DNA of 38,100 bases from an uncultured Clostridia bacterium (GTDB lineage Bacteria > Bacillota > Clostridia > TANB77 > CAG-508), in contig CANQQC010000001.1 of the NCBI GenBank assembly GCA_947625925.1, positions 1 through 38,100 of the forward strand. The letters are read 5' to 3'. How positions within the stretch are numbered: the stretch's first letter is position 1; every line of letters begins with the position of its first letter. Made by a program: the position numbers and the translations under genes. Below, one piece after another: positions 8,505 through 17,044 of this stretch. Under the pieces are notes generated by a model. That model made no database searches, was not told where the DNA came from, and saw only the letters and a list, made by a program, of their open reading frames with translations.

Positions 8505-9794
8505 CTACTCTACTACCTTTATACTACTTTTTATCATTCCCATCCAACAAGAATATGGAACTGTTTCTACTTTAGTTGGTGTGAATTCTATCAAATTTTC
8601 TCCAGTCTTAAGTTTAATATCTATATTATATTTAGGTATTATAATTTCATTATTGCATCCATTTAGCTTTCCTTCAGGGACAATGATTGTCCATTTTAAT
8701 GGAATATCTTTTCTTACTGTTATTTCTTCATAATTTCCATAATCAACTTCAGTAGTTACTTCTTGATAATCTCCAACTATTTGTGCCATATTTCCATAAT
8801 TAGTATTTTGTATATTTATTCTTACTCCTGATAATGCAAGACCATTTCCAAGCATTCCTAATCCTAATAGAAATATTATTATACTTGAGATTGTAAGCAT
8901 TTTCTTTGCAAATTTTTTATTTAGTTTACTACTTACTACTCCAAATCCAAACATTAAAGGAACTGTTCCTATACTAAATAAGAACATTGATAAAGCTCCT
9001 CCTACAATACTACCTGTTGATAAAGCATATATTTGCATTGATTGAAGCGGTCCACAAGGCATCAATCCATTTAGAAGTCCTATATAAAATGATGATTTTC
9101 CTTTTTTGGTTGAATTTAATTTTGTTGAAATTTTCTTAGGTATTCTTATATTAAATTTTTTAAGACTAGGAAATATTCCTAACATGTTTATTGACATTAT
9201 TATCATTATAATTCCTGCTATTATTGCAACAGCACCTTTAAATACACCATTTAAAGTAATAACTGATCCTATTGCTCCTACAATTGCTCCAATTACTGTA
9301 TAAGAAATAACTCTTCCCAAATTATAGTTAAAATTTGATTTTATTATCTTAGCTCCATTTTTACTACTTGCAATACTTTGTGATAAATTTATTCCTCCAC
9401 ACATTGCTATACAATGAATTGAAGTAAGTAATCCCACTACAAACAGCATTGAGTAACTCATCGTAGTTTCTACTGTTGGAAATATATTAAATATATTTAA
9501 AAGTCCTAAATGACTAAGAATTACATAGATTGCAAGTAGAATAATTAAAATATATACACTATTAGTTTTGTTTTTTGCATCTCCTTTTAACACTTCATAA
9601 TCTAAATCTTCAATTTTATCTTCTATTTCCTTTTGTGTTGTTAATTCGTTATTATATGTAACATCTACTTCTTCTTTTTTGAAACTTGCACTTACTTTGC
9701 TTACACCATTTAGACCTGTTAAAGCTCTTTTTATTCTATCTTCACAACCAGTACAAAACATACCTTTTACTTTAATCTTAATATTGTTTTCCAT
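8505..9794 (-). CDS. Three-domain membrane protein: N-terminal HMA, DsbD_2/TauE-like polytopic core, C-terminal cupredoxin-like domain
   Basis: GMFCTGC (HMA). Multiple TM helices carry HCIAMCGG and MPCGPLQ Cys motifs. The C-terminal soluble beta-rich domain ends ...VPYSCWMGMIKSSIKV. The substrate cannot be determined from sequence alone. Confidence 0.7.
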   Translation of the reverse strand: MENNIKIKVKGMFCTGCEDRIKRALTGLNGVSKVSASFKKEEVDVTYNNELTTQKEIEDKIEDLDYEVLKGDAKNKTNSVYILIILLAIYVILSHLGLLNIFNIFPTVETTMSYSMLFVVGLLTSIHCIAMCGGINLSQSIASSKNGAKIIKSNFNYNLGRVISYTVIGAIVGAIGSVITLNGVFKGAVAIIAGIIMIIMSINMLGIFPSLKKFNIRIPKKISTKLNSTKKGKSSFYIGLLNGLMPCGPLQSMQIYALSTGSIVGGALSMFLFSIGTVPLMFGFGVVSSKLNKKFAKKMLTISSIIIFLLGLGMLGNGLALSGVRINIQNTNYGNMAQIVGDYQEVTTEVDYGNYEEITVRKDIPLKWTIIVPEGKLNGCNNEIIIPKYNIDIKLKTGENLIEFTPTKVETVPYSCWMGMIKSSIKVVE

Positions 9795-9796
9795 TT

Positions 9797-10306
9797 TTAC
9801 TCCTTTGTAATATTTTTTTCAAAATCAAGCAATTTCTTTTTTATATCTATTCCTCCAGCATATCCTGTCAAATTTCCTTTGCTTCCAATAACTCTATGAC
9901 ATGGAATAATAATTGATATTGGATTATGTCCAACAGCTCCTCCAATTGCTTGTGCTGACATTTTATCTTTTTTTAAAATTTTAGCAACTTCTTTTGCTAT
10001 ATTACCATATGTTGTTGTTTGTCCATATGGAATTTTGCACAGTATTTTCCATACTATTTGTCTAAAATCTCCGCCTATTGGCTTTAGTGGTAGTTCTTCA
10101 ATTTGTGGATTTTTCCCTTTAAAATATCTATCTAACCATTTTTTAGTTTGAATCAATATTGGCTGATTATTACTTACAATTGCTTTTTCTAAAATATTGT
10201 TTCCAAAGTATTTTTGTCCTTTTATCCAAAGTCCTAACACATTTGATTCATCACATAAAATGGTGAGTTTTCCTATTGGAGAATTATATATACTAGAATA
10301 TACCAT
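9797..10306 (-). CDS. ogt: Methylated-DNA--protein-cysteine methyltransferase
   Basis: Active-site motif IPCHRVIGS plus the downstream GYAGG; 169 aa. Confidence 0.9.
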   Translation of the reverse strand: MVYSSIYNSPIGKLTILCDESNVLGLWIKGQKYFGNNILEKAIVSNNQPILIQTKKWLDRYFKGKNPQIEELPLKPIGGDFRQIVWKILCKIPYGQTTTYGNIAKEVAKILKKDKMSAQAIGGAVGHNPISIIIPCHRVIGSKGNLTGYAGGIDIKKKLLDFEKNITKE

Positions 10307-10348
10307 GTTGTTTCACACCTCTATATAATTTAATAATCTTCTAGTTTT

Positions 10349-10377
10349 ATACTAACATAAAGACAAACAATTATCAA
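10349..10377 (-). promoter_or_regulatory. Candidate promoter for ogt and the downstream HMA membrane protein gene
   Basis: On the minus strand: TTGATA (10377..10372), a 17-nt spacer, then TGtTAGTAT (-10 hexamer 10354..10349). Confidence 0.4.
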
Positions 10378-10395
10378 ACTACTTATTTTTATATT

Positions 10396-10720
10396 TTAAT
10401 ATTTTTCCAATTTAAAAATATCTTTAAATTCTATATATATATTTGCATTGTTTATAATTATAATTCTTTTGTTTTTTAAATCAATTTTTTTAACTTTTCC
10501 TTTTATCTTTTTATATTGTCTATTAACATAATATGTAATTTCAATAATATCATTTTCATTTATTAAATTTATTTTTTCAGAAAGTTCTCCGTAATAGTTC
10601 TTCGGATAATTCTTTTTTTTCCTCATATTCAATCTCTTTTTCCCTTAAAGCCTCACTAAATCCTTTTAAAGCATCAAATGAAAGAAATTGTTTTGCTCTA
10701 TCTGCTCTACTAATAGCCAT
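10396..10720 (-). pseudogene. YolD-like protein gene, split by a frameshift (or containing a sequencing error)
   Basis: ATG 10720 overlaps the polymerase stop by 11 nt. It opens MAISRADRAKQFLSFDALKGFSEALREKEIEYEEKKELSEELLRRTF*, ending at 10577. The listed ORF 10396..10632, in another frame, supplies the C-terminal half (...GELSEKINLINENDIIEITYY...KGKVKKID...). An A8 run (10613..10620) lies in the overlap, and shortening it to A7 would fuse the two frames. Confidence 0.6.
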
Positions 10721-11966
10721 TGTGACCTCCTATCAATTTATTTCTTATAATGGTTGTTGCACCTTCTTCTAAATTCATACCTTTCATTATAGCGTTTTTT
10801 CCTAATTTAGATTTTATTTCTATAATAGATTTTTCTAATCTTCTTTCTTTTTTATTGTTTTCTATACTTTCGAATAAGTTAATTTGTTCATTTTCATATT
10901 TTTGTAATCTCTCAAAAGATACTCCTATCCTTCTTATTGGAATATTTCTATTTGTTGTTTTTTCATATAACTTTTTAAATTCATAAACTAATTTAGTATA
11001 TGTATTTGTAAAATAACTTAGTTTTTTACTCCCTCCTGTATGTTTTATATAATCTTTTGAATACCCTATATATAATTTTATAGTATCTGTTTCTAGATTT
11101 TTTTCAATTAACTGTTGTGATAGTAACTCTACCATTTCTTTTACAATCAATTCTGCTTTTTCATATGTATAATCTGTAAATAATATTTGACTATTTGAAA
11201 TTGAATTTGTTTTTGGTTTATATGCTTTTATATCTGCAATAGTACAGGGTTCTATACCATTTGCATGATCAATTAAAAATTGTGCATTTATTCCAAATTC
11301 TTTAAACAGTATTGCTGGATTTGCATTTGCTATATCATACATATCAAATATTCTTTTCTTGTTTAATCTTCTTTCTATTCCTTTTCCAATCTGCCAGAAG
11401 TCTGTCAATGGCTTATGATGCCATAATTCTTTTTTAAATTTTTCTTCATTTAACCATCCTATATTCGTTATAGCATGTTTAGATAATATATCTAATGCAA
11501 CTTTTGCTAAAAATAGATTTGTTCCAATCCCACAAGTTGCAGTTAGACCATATGTATCATAAATGTCTTTCATTATTAGTTTTGCTAATTCAACAGATTT
11601 CATTTTATATAATTTTAAATATCTCGTAACATCTAAAAAAGCCTCATCTATAGAATATATATGTATATCTTCTTTTGCTATATATTTTAAATAAATTTCA
11701 TAAATGTTTGCAGAATAATCAATGTACTTTTTCATTCTTGGTATTGCTACTATATATTTAATATCTTTTGGTATCTCATATATTCTACATCTATTTTTTA
11801 TTCCTAACATCTTCATAGCAGGACTTACAGCTAAACAAATAGCTCCATTCCCACGAGATGGATCTGCAACAACTAAATTTGTATTGAATGGATCTAATCC
11901 TCTTTCTACACATTCAACTGATGCATAAAATGTTTTTAAATCTATAGCTAAATATATTCTATTCAT
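10710..11966 (-). CDS. Y-family (translesion) DNA polymerase, UmuC/DinB-like
   Basis: N-terminus IYLAIDLKTFYASVECVERGLDP and the SIDEAFLDVT motif are typical of Firmicute Y-family polymerases of the YqjW/UvrX type. A YolD-like gene follows. Confidence 0.85.
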   Translation of the reverse strand: MNRIYLAIDLKTFYASVECVERGLDPFNTNLVVADPSRGNGAICLAVSPAMKMLGIKNRCRIYEIPKDIKYIVAIPRMKKYIDYSANIYEIYLKYIAKEDIHIYSIDEAFLDVTRYLKLYKMKSVELAKLIMKDIYDTYGLTATCGIGTNLFLAKVALDILSKHAITNIGWLNEEKFKKELWHHKPLTDFWQIGKGIERRLNKKRIFDMYDIANANPAILFKEFGINAQFLIDHANGIEPCTIADIKAYKPKTNSISNSQILFTDYTYEKAELIVKEMVELLSQQLIEKNLETDTIKLYIGYSKDYIKHTGGSKKLSYFTNTYTKLVYEFKKLYEKTTNRNIPIRRIGVSFERLQKYENEQINLFESIENNKKERRLEKSIIEIKSKLGKNAIMKGMNLEEGATTIIRNKLIGGHNGY

Positions 11967-11983
11967 AGCATCTCACCTCATAC

Positions 11984-11995
11984 AAACACATGTTT
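11984..11995 (-). promoter_or_regulatory. LexA (SOS/Cheo-type) box 1
   Basis: The minus strand reads AAACatgtGTTT, between the -10 hexamer and the RBS of the Y-family polymerase. It matches 6 of 8 core positions of GAAC-N4-GTTC. Confidence 0.5.
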
Positions 11996-12001
11996 ATTTT
12001 G

Positions 12002-12030
12002 ATTATATCATCTTTTTGTTTCTTTGTAAA
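12002..12030 (-). promoter_or_regulatory. Promoter of the Y-family polymerase operon
   Basis: On the minus strand: TTTACA (12030..12025), a 17-nt spacer, then TGaTATAAT (-10 hexamer 12007..12002). Both flanks are overlapped by LexA-like boxes. Confidence 0.55.
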
Positions 12031-12039
12031 CACTTGTTC
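12028..12039 (-). promoter_or_regulatory. LexA (SOS/Cheo-type) box 2
   Basis: The minus strand reads GAACaagtGTTT and overlaps the -35 hexamer. It matches 7 of 8 core positions of GAAC-N4-GTTC. Confidence 0.55.
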
Positions 12040-12052
12040 TGTATAAAGTTTG

Positions 12053-12085
12053 TTAAAAAAGCATTTACTTTTATTGTAAATGCTT
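12053..12085 (-). terminator. Intrinsic terminator after bioY
   Basis: The stem aagcatttac (12059..12068) / gtaaatgctt (12076..12085) is followed by a U run on the minus strand. The bioY stop codon lies in the loop. Confidence 0.6.
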
Positions 12086-12625
12086 AATTTTAATTTTATT
12101 AGAAATAATAAATGCTAATAATACTGAAAGAGCATCTTTTAATAAAAACGGTATTGATACTAAAGTTGCTACTTTTATAATATTGATACCAGTTAATATG
12201 CTATATTGTAAAATGCCAAAAATATGTAATATTATTAAACCTACCATACTTAATAAAATTTTATTCATTGTATTTTTTACTTTTTTAGCCTTATTACAAA
12301 ATAAAACTAATGGTATAAACCCTAATAAAAAACCTCCTGTTAGTCCAAGCACTGTTGAAATTCCAGAATTACCACTTGCAAAAACACCTACACCTAAAAT
12401 ACCTAAAAGTAAATATGTTAAAATGGCTTTTATTCCCTTATCCTCTGATAAACTATATCCTAACAAAGCAACAGAAAAAGTCTGTAGAGTCATAGGTACT
12501 CCATTAGGTAAAGGTATTGATATTTGTGATGCAAAAGCCAAAGCAAACGCAGATCCTAAACATATAATAATAGTTTGCAAAAAAGTTTTAATGTTACTTG
12601 TTAATTTACTAATATTTTCTATCAT
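12071..12625 (-). CDS. bioY: Biotin transporter S-component
   Basis: Polytopic protein with SQISIPLPNGVPMTLQTF, typical of BioY. The start is placed at ATG 12625, 7-8 nt after GAAGGAGGAG. The ORF-track start at 12643 is a GTG inside that RBS. Confidence 0.8.
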   Translation of the reverse strand: MIENISKLTSNIKTFLQTIIICLGSAFALAFASQISIPLPNGVPMTLQTFSVALLGYSLSEDKGIKAILTYLLLGILGVGVFASGNSGISTVLGLTGGFLLGFIPLVLFCNKAKKVKNTMNKILLSMVGLIILHIFGILQYSILTGINIIKVATLVSIPFLLKDALSVLLAFIISNKIKIKHLQ

Positions 12626-12690
12626 AATAATCTCCTCCTTCACTTCGGAATTATATATTAAATAAAAAATCCTTTCAATTAACTAAACAG

Positions 12691-13437
12691 TCAGTTTAAT
12701 TCTCTATATTTTAATTTTACTCTAACAATTTCTTTTTCTTTTTCCTTTATAACAAATTCCATTAAATTGTTATCTTTTTCTTTTTTATATATTTGTAAAG
12801 TTTCTCCTTCTTTACTTTCATTTATAAAGTGAATTTCAAAATCACTTATTTCATATTTGTCAAAAAAATCACAACTTAATGTATTTGAAATATATTTTAC
12901 ATATGCAACATTATTTGTATGCCTACTATAATCAATATCTGTTGAATATATTTTTTGTTCATATTTAAAATCTTTGCTTGTAAACTCCTCATTTAGCCTT
13001 AAATATTGTTCTTGTATTTCTGATTTTTCTGTTTCCATATTATCTGGATAATTAACTGTTTCTAGTTTTCTTATTTTTCTAGTTTCTAAATCTATTAGGC
13101 ATGTTTCTTGTCTTGCAATAAATAAAGTTTCATCTTTTTTATCATCTTTAAATGATGTTTCTGTTTCTATTCTAACTGGTTTTACTTTTGTCGTATAACT
13201 TCTACCCTTTATTACATCCTTCCAAATTGGATACTTGTTAAAATGTACCTTTGTTTTAGAAAGTACCCATATAGCTTTATTATATTTTTTAATTCTAATA
13301 TTATCACTTTTAAAGCTTTCAAAATATTCAGTCATCATATTTTGTATTAAGTAAAAAGCTTCTACTAAACTTAATTTTGTATTTTGATCAACTTGTGTAT
13401 AACTAATTCTATATTTATTTTTGTATTCTGTTTTCAT
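12691..13437 (-). CDS. Acyl-ACP thioesterase family protein
   Basis: 248 aa. Double hot-dog style layout with N-terminus YRISYTQVDQNTKLSLVEAF. Family assignment is by resemblance only. Confidence 0.65.
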   Translation of the reverse strand: MKTEYKNKYRISYTQVDQNTKLSLVEAFYLIQNMMTEYFESFKSDNIRIKKYNKAIWVLSKTKVHFNKYPIWKDVIKGRSYTTKVKPVRIETETSFKDDKKDETLFIARQETCLIDLETRKIRKLETVNYPDNMETEKSEIQEQYLRLNEEFTSKDFKYEQKIYSTDIDYSRHTNNVAYVKYISNTLSCDFFDKYEISDFEIHFINESKEGETLQIYKKEKDNNLMEFVIKEKEKEIVRVKLKYRELN

Positions 13438-13502
13438 TTATATCTATCTCCTCTTTATTTTTTTATCACTTATATTTTATATCACAAATTTATAAAAAAT
13501 AA

Positions 13503-13531
13503 TAGATTTTATATCTCTTTTATTATATAAT
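13503..13531 (+). promoter_or_regulatory. Candidate promoter for purE-purC
   Basis: TAGATT (13503..13508), a 17-nt spacer, then TATAAT (13526..13531), about 30 nt before the purE RBS AAGGAGG. Confidence 0.4.
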
Positions 13532-13560
13532 ACAATTGATTTTTTAATAAGGAGGAAATT

Positions 13561-14088
13561 ATGAAAAAAAATGTTGATGTTTCTATCATTATGGGAAGTG
13601 ACTCAGATTTGCCAATTATGAAAGATTGTTCAAAATTTTTAGATGATATGGGAATTTCATATGAGCTAAAAATTCTTTCAGTTCATCGTACTCCTGAAAA
13701 AGCAACTCAATATGCAAATGAACTAAAAGAAAATAATGTAAAAGTAATTATTGCAGGTGCTGGTGGAGCTGCTCATCTTCCAGGTGTTTTTGCTGCTATG
13801 GTACCAACTGTTCCAGTTATTGGTGTACCTATTTACACAAAGACTTTAGGAGGAGTTGATTCTTTATATTCAATCGTTCAGATGCCTTCTGGAATTCCAG
13901 TTGCTACTGTTGCAATTAACGGTGCTAAAAATGCTGCTATTTTAGCAACATCAATTTTAGCAGTTGGCAATGAGAGTATAAAAAACAAATTAGAAGACTT
14001 TAAAAATTCTTTAAAAGAAGCTGTTTCTAAAAAAGATGAAAAAATGCAACAATTAGGAGTAGATGCTTATTTAGATAGTATGAAATAA
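13561..14088 (+). CDS. purE: N5-carboxyaminoimidazole ribonucleotide mutase (class I PurE signature)
   Basis: Carries SVHRTPEK and AGGAAHLPGV motifs (class I type) plus GVDSLYSIVQMP. Confidence 0.9.
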   Translation: MKKNVDVSIIMGSDSDLPIMKDCSKFLDDMGISYELKILSVHRTPEKATQYANELKENNVKVIIAGAGGAAHLPGVFAAMVPTVPVIGVPIYTKTLGGVDSLYSIVQMPSGIPVATVAINGAKNAAILATSILAVGNESIKNKLEDFKNSLKEAVSKKDEKMQQLGVDAYLDSMK

Positions 14089-14114
14089 ATATTAGTAAAA
14101 GGTGGTATTAAAAA

Positions 14115-14966
14115 ATGAATAAAATAAGTAGTGGTAAAGTTCGTGAAATTTATCAAGTTGATAATGATAAACTTTTACTTGTTGTCTCTGATCGTATTTC
14201 AGCTTTTGATTATATTTTACCAAATATGGTTCCTGATAAAGGAAAAATATTAAATCAAATTTCTGAATTTTGGTTTAATTTCACAAAAAATATAATTCCA
14301 AACCATGTTATTTCTACAGATATAAAAGATTTTCCAAAAGAATTTCAAACAGATGAATTTAAAGGTAGAAGTATGTTAGTAAAGAAGTTAAAAATGGTAC
14401 CAATAGAATGCATTGTAAGAGGATATATTACAGGTTCTGGTTGGGCAAGTTATAAAAGAGATGGTACTGTTTGTGGAATAAAACTTCCTGAAGGACTACA
14501 AGAATCCCAAAAACTTTCTCATCCAATTTTTACTCCAAGTACTAAAGCTGAAGAAGGTCATGATGAAAATATTAGTTTTGAAAAGACTTGTGAATTAGTC
14601 GGAACTGATTTAGCAGAAAAACTACGTGATAAAACAATTGAAGTATATAAAAAATGTGCAGATTATGCAGCATCTAAAGGTGTAATTATAGCTGATACTA
14701 AATTTGAATTTGGTATTGATGAAAATGGTGAATTAGTAATTGGTGATGAAATTCTAACACCAGATTCTAGTAGATTTTGGTCAGCTAAAGACTATATTGT
14801 AGGACAAGGTCAAAAAAGCTTTGACAAACAATATATTCGTGATTGGATTAAAACTACTGGTTATGATCCTGAAAGTGGTAAAAATATTCCTGATAATGTA
14901 ATAAACACAACAGCAAATAAATATAAAGAAGCTTATAAGATAATTACTGATAAAGATTTTAAGTAA
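14115..14966 (+). CDS. purC: SAICAR synthetase
   Basis: SGKVREIY N-terminus and LLLVVSDRISAFD motif; 283 aa. Confidence 0.9.
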   Translation: MNKISSGKVREIYQVDNDKLLLVVSDRISAFDYILPNMVPDKGKILNQISEFWFNFTKNIIPNHVISTDIKDFPKEFQTDEFKGRSMLVKKLKMVPIECIVRGYITGSGWASYKRDGTVCGIKLPEGLQESQKLSHPIFTPSTKAEEGHDENISFEKTCELVGTDLAEKLRDKTIEVYKKCADYAASKGVIIADTKFEFGIDENGELVIGDEILTPDSSRFWSAKDYIVGQGQKSFDKQYIRDWIKTTGYDPESGKNIPDNVINTTANKYKEAYKIITDKDFK

Positions 14967-14996
14967 AAAAAGGATTCTAAAATTGAATCCTTTTTA
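14965..14996. terminator. Bidirectional terminator between the convergent genes purC and purF
   Basis: The stem aggattc (14971..14977) / gaatcct (14985..14991) is flanked by an A run on one side and a T run on the other. Confidence 0.65.
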
Positions 14997-15010
14997 TATT
15001 TTCTTTTTAT

Positions 15011-16432
15011 TTATATTTTTATTTTTTCAAATCTATCTTTCTTTATTTCTTTTGGTACTTTAATTGGATATTTACTTGTAAAACAGCCATCACATAAATT
15101 ATCAATTTTACATCCTTTTGTTATTTTTTTCAAACTATCAATACTTAAATACTCTAAAGAATCAGCTCCTATTTTTTTTCTAATTTCCTCAACTGTTCTT
15201 CCATTTGCAATTAGATTTTCTTTACTATCAATATCTGTTCCAAAATAACAAACATCTACAAAAGCAGGTGAAGCTATTCTAAGATGAACCTCTTTTGCTC
15301 CTTCTGCTTTAAGTGTTTTTACGATATTAGCTAAAGTATTTCCCCTTACAATAGAGTCATCTATTAGTATAATTTTTTTACCTTTTACTGTTTCTTTTAA
15401 TGGATTTAATTTTAAGTTAATCATCTTTTTTCTTTTATTTTGTGTATTTTGAATAAAAGTTCTTCCTATATATTTACTCTTTATAAATACAATATCATAA
15501 GGTATTTTAGATTCTTTAGAATATCCTAAAGCAGCATCAATTCCTGAATCTGGTACACCTGCTACTATATCTGCATCTACCGGTGCTTGTTTTGCTAAAT
15601 ATCTTCCTGCATTTTCACGAAAAATATGTACATTTATGCCATCAATTATTGAGTCAGGTCTTCCAAAATATATATATTCAAAAACACATAATCCTTTTTT
15701 TTCATTTGGTAAAACTTTATCACTTGTAACTTTATTATTTGTAACTGTAACAATTTCTCCTGGTTCTATATCTCGTTCAAATTTAGCTCCCATTATATCT
15801 AATGCACAACTTTCAGATGAAAACACAATGTCTTTTCCTAATTTTCCCATACATAGTGGTCTAAATCCATGTGGATCCCTAACTGCCATCATTTTTTTAG
15901 AAGAAATTACTAACAAAGAATAAGCTCCTTTAATGATTTTCATTGTATTTTTTACTGCTTGTTCAATTGATCCTGTCTTTAATCTTTCTCTTACTATAAC
16001 ATGACATATAATTTCAGTATCACTCGTAGTTGTGAATATTGCACCTTCGTCTTCAAGCTTAGACTTTAATTCTACTGCATTTGTTAAATTCCCATTATGT
16101 ACTACTGCTAAATTTCCTTTTTTATGTCGTACAACCATTGGTTGTGCATTTGATTTTTTACTTTTACCTGTTGTTGAATATCTAACATGTCCAATCCCCA
16201 TTTTTCCTTGTGGCATATCCCTTAAAACTGCTTTTGTAAAAACATCTGAGACTAAACCAATATCTTTATGAAATTGTATTATTCCATCTTCATTTATTGC
16301 AATTCCACAACTTTCTTCTCCTCTATGTTGCAAAGCAGACAAACCAACACATAAACTGTTTGCTAGTTCTACTTTAGTTTCCTTTGAGTATATACCAAAA
16401 ACTCCACATTCTTCTTTTAATTTATTAAACAT
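15011..16432 (-). CDS. purF: Amidophosphoribosyltransferase
   Basis: Propeptide followed by CGVFGI (Ntn Cys). Has the PRPP-binding motif ILIDDSIVRGNT and C-terminal Cys residues for a 4Fe-4S cluster. Confidence 0.9.
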   Translation of the reverse strand: MFNKLKEECGVFGIYSKETKVELANSLCVGLSALQHRGEESCGIAINEDGIIQFHKDIGLVSDVFTKAVLRDMPQGKMGIGHVRYSTTGKSKKSNAQPMVVRHKKGNLAVVHNGNLTNAVELKSKLEDEGAIFTTTSDTEIICHVIVRERLKTGSIEQAVKNTMKIIKGAYSLLVISSKKMMAVRDPHGFRPLCMGKLGKDIVFSSESCALDIMGAKFERDIEPGEIVTVTNNKVTSDKVLPNEKKGLCVFEYIYFGRPDSIIDGINVHIFRENAGRYLAKQAPVDADIVAGVPDSGIDAALGYSKESKIPYDIVFIKSKYIGRTFIQNTQNKRKKMINLKLNPLKETVKGKKIILIDDSIVRGNTLANIVKTLKAEGAKEVHLRIASPAFVDVCYFGTDIDSKENLIANGRTVEEIRKKIGADSLEYLSIDSLKKITKGCKIDNLCDGCFTSKYPIKVPKEIKKDRFEKIKI

Positions 16433-16459
16433 TTAAAAATTTCCTTTCCATTATAAAAA

Positions 16460-17032
16460 TCATATTTCATGATTTACAAATTTATTTAAAATTTGATTTA
16501 ATTGAATTTTTTCAATAGCTTGTACCTTATCAGAAATATCTTCAGCTGTATCTATTGGTAAAACTTCAATTTTAGTTTGACTAATAACTGAACCACTATC
16601 ATATTCTTGATTAACAAAATGTATGGTAGGACCTGTAAATTTTTCTTTTGCTTTAAATACCGCTTCATGTACATGCATACCATGCATACCCTTTCCACCA
16701 AATTTGGGTAATAAAGATGGATGTGTATTTATTATAGTGTATTTTTCTATAAGTTTAGGTCCAATCTTTTTTAGATAACCTGCTAATACAATTAAATCTA
16801 TTTTATATTTAGATAAAACTTCTGAAAGTTCTAAATCCCTTTGTGAAAACTTTTTATTTTTTATTATGTATGTATCAATATTATTTTTCTTTGCTCTTTC
16901 AATTGCATATGCATCTTTATTATCACTAATAACCAAATCAATTTTAGCTTCTAATTTATGGTTTGAAATATTATCTATTATAGATTGCAATGTTGAACCA
17001 TTTCCAGAAGCAAATATAACTAAGTTATACAT
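16460..17032 (-). CDS. purN: Phosphoribosylglycinamide formyltransferase
   Basis: FASGNGSTLQ N-terminus and NTHPSLLPKFGG motif; 190 aa. Confidence 0.9.
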   Translation of the reverse strand: MYNLVIFASGNGSTLQSIIDNISNHKLEAKIDLVISDNKDAYAIERAKKNNIDTYIIKNKKFSQRDLELSEVLSKYKIDLIVLAGYLKKIGPKLIEKYTIINTHPSLLPKFGGKGMHGMHVHEAVFKAKEKFTGPTIHFVNQEYDSGSVISQTKIEVLPIDTAEDISDKVQAIEKIQLNQILNKFVNHEI

Positions 17033-17044
17033 AAAAACTCCTTT

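Noticed and set aside
12183-12665. 160-aa plus-strand ORF covering almost all of bioY. Similar long antisense ORFs occur at 275..544, 2219..2509, 29969..30307, 36239..36616, 37478..37852 and elsewhere.
   Set aside because: These are shadow ORFs antisense to well-supported genes. Their translations are low-complexity (rich in F, L, I, S), lack RBSs and carry no recognisable motifs. The minus-strand genes explain the sequence.
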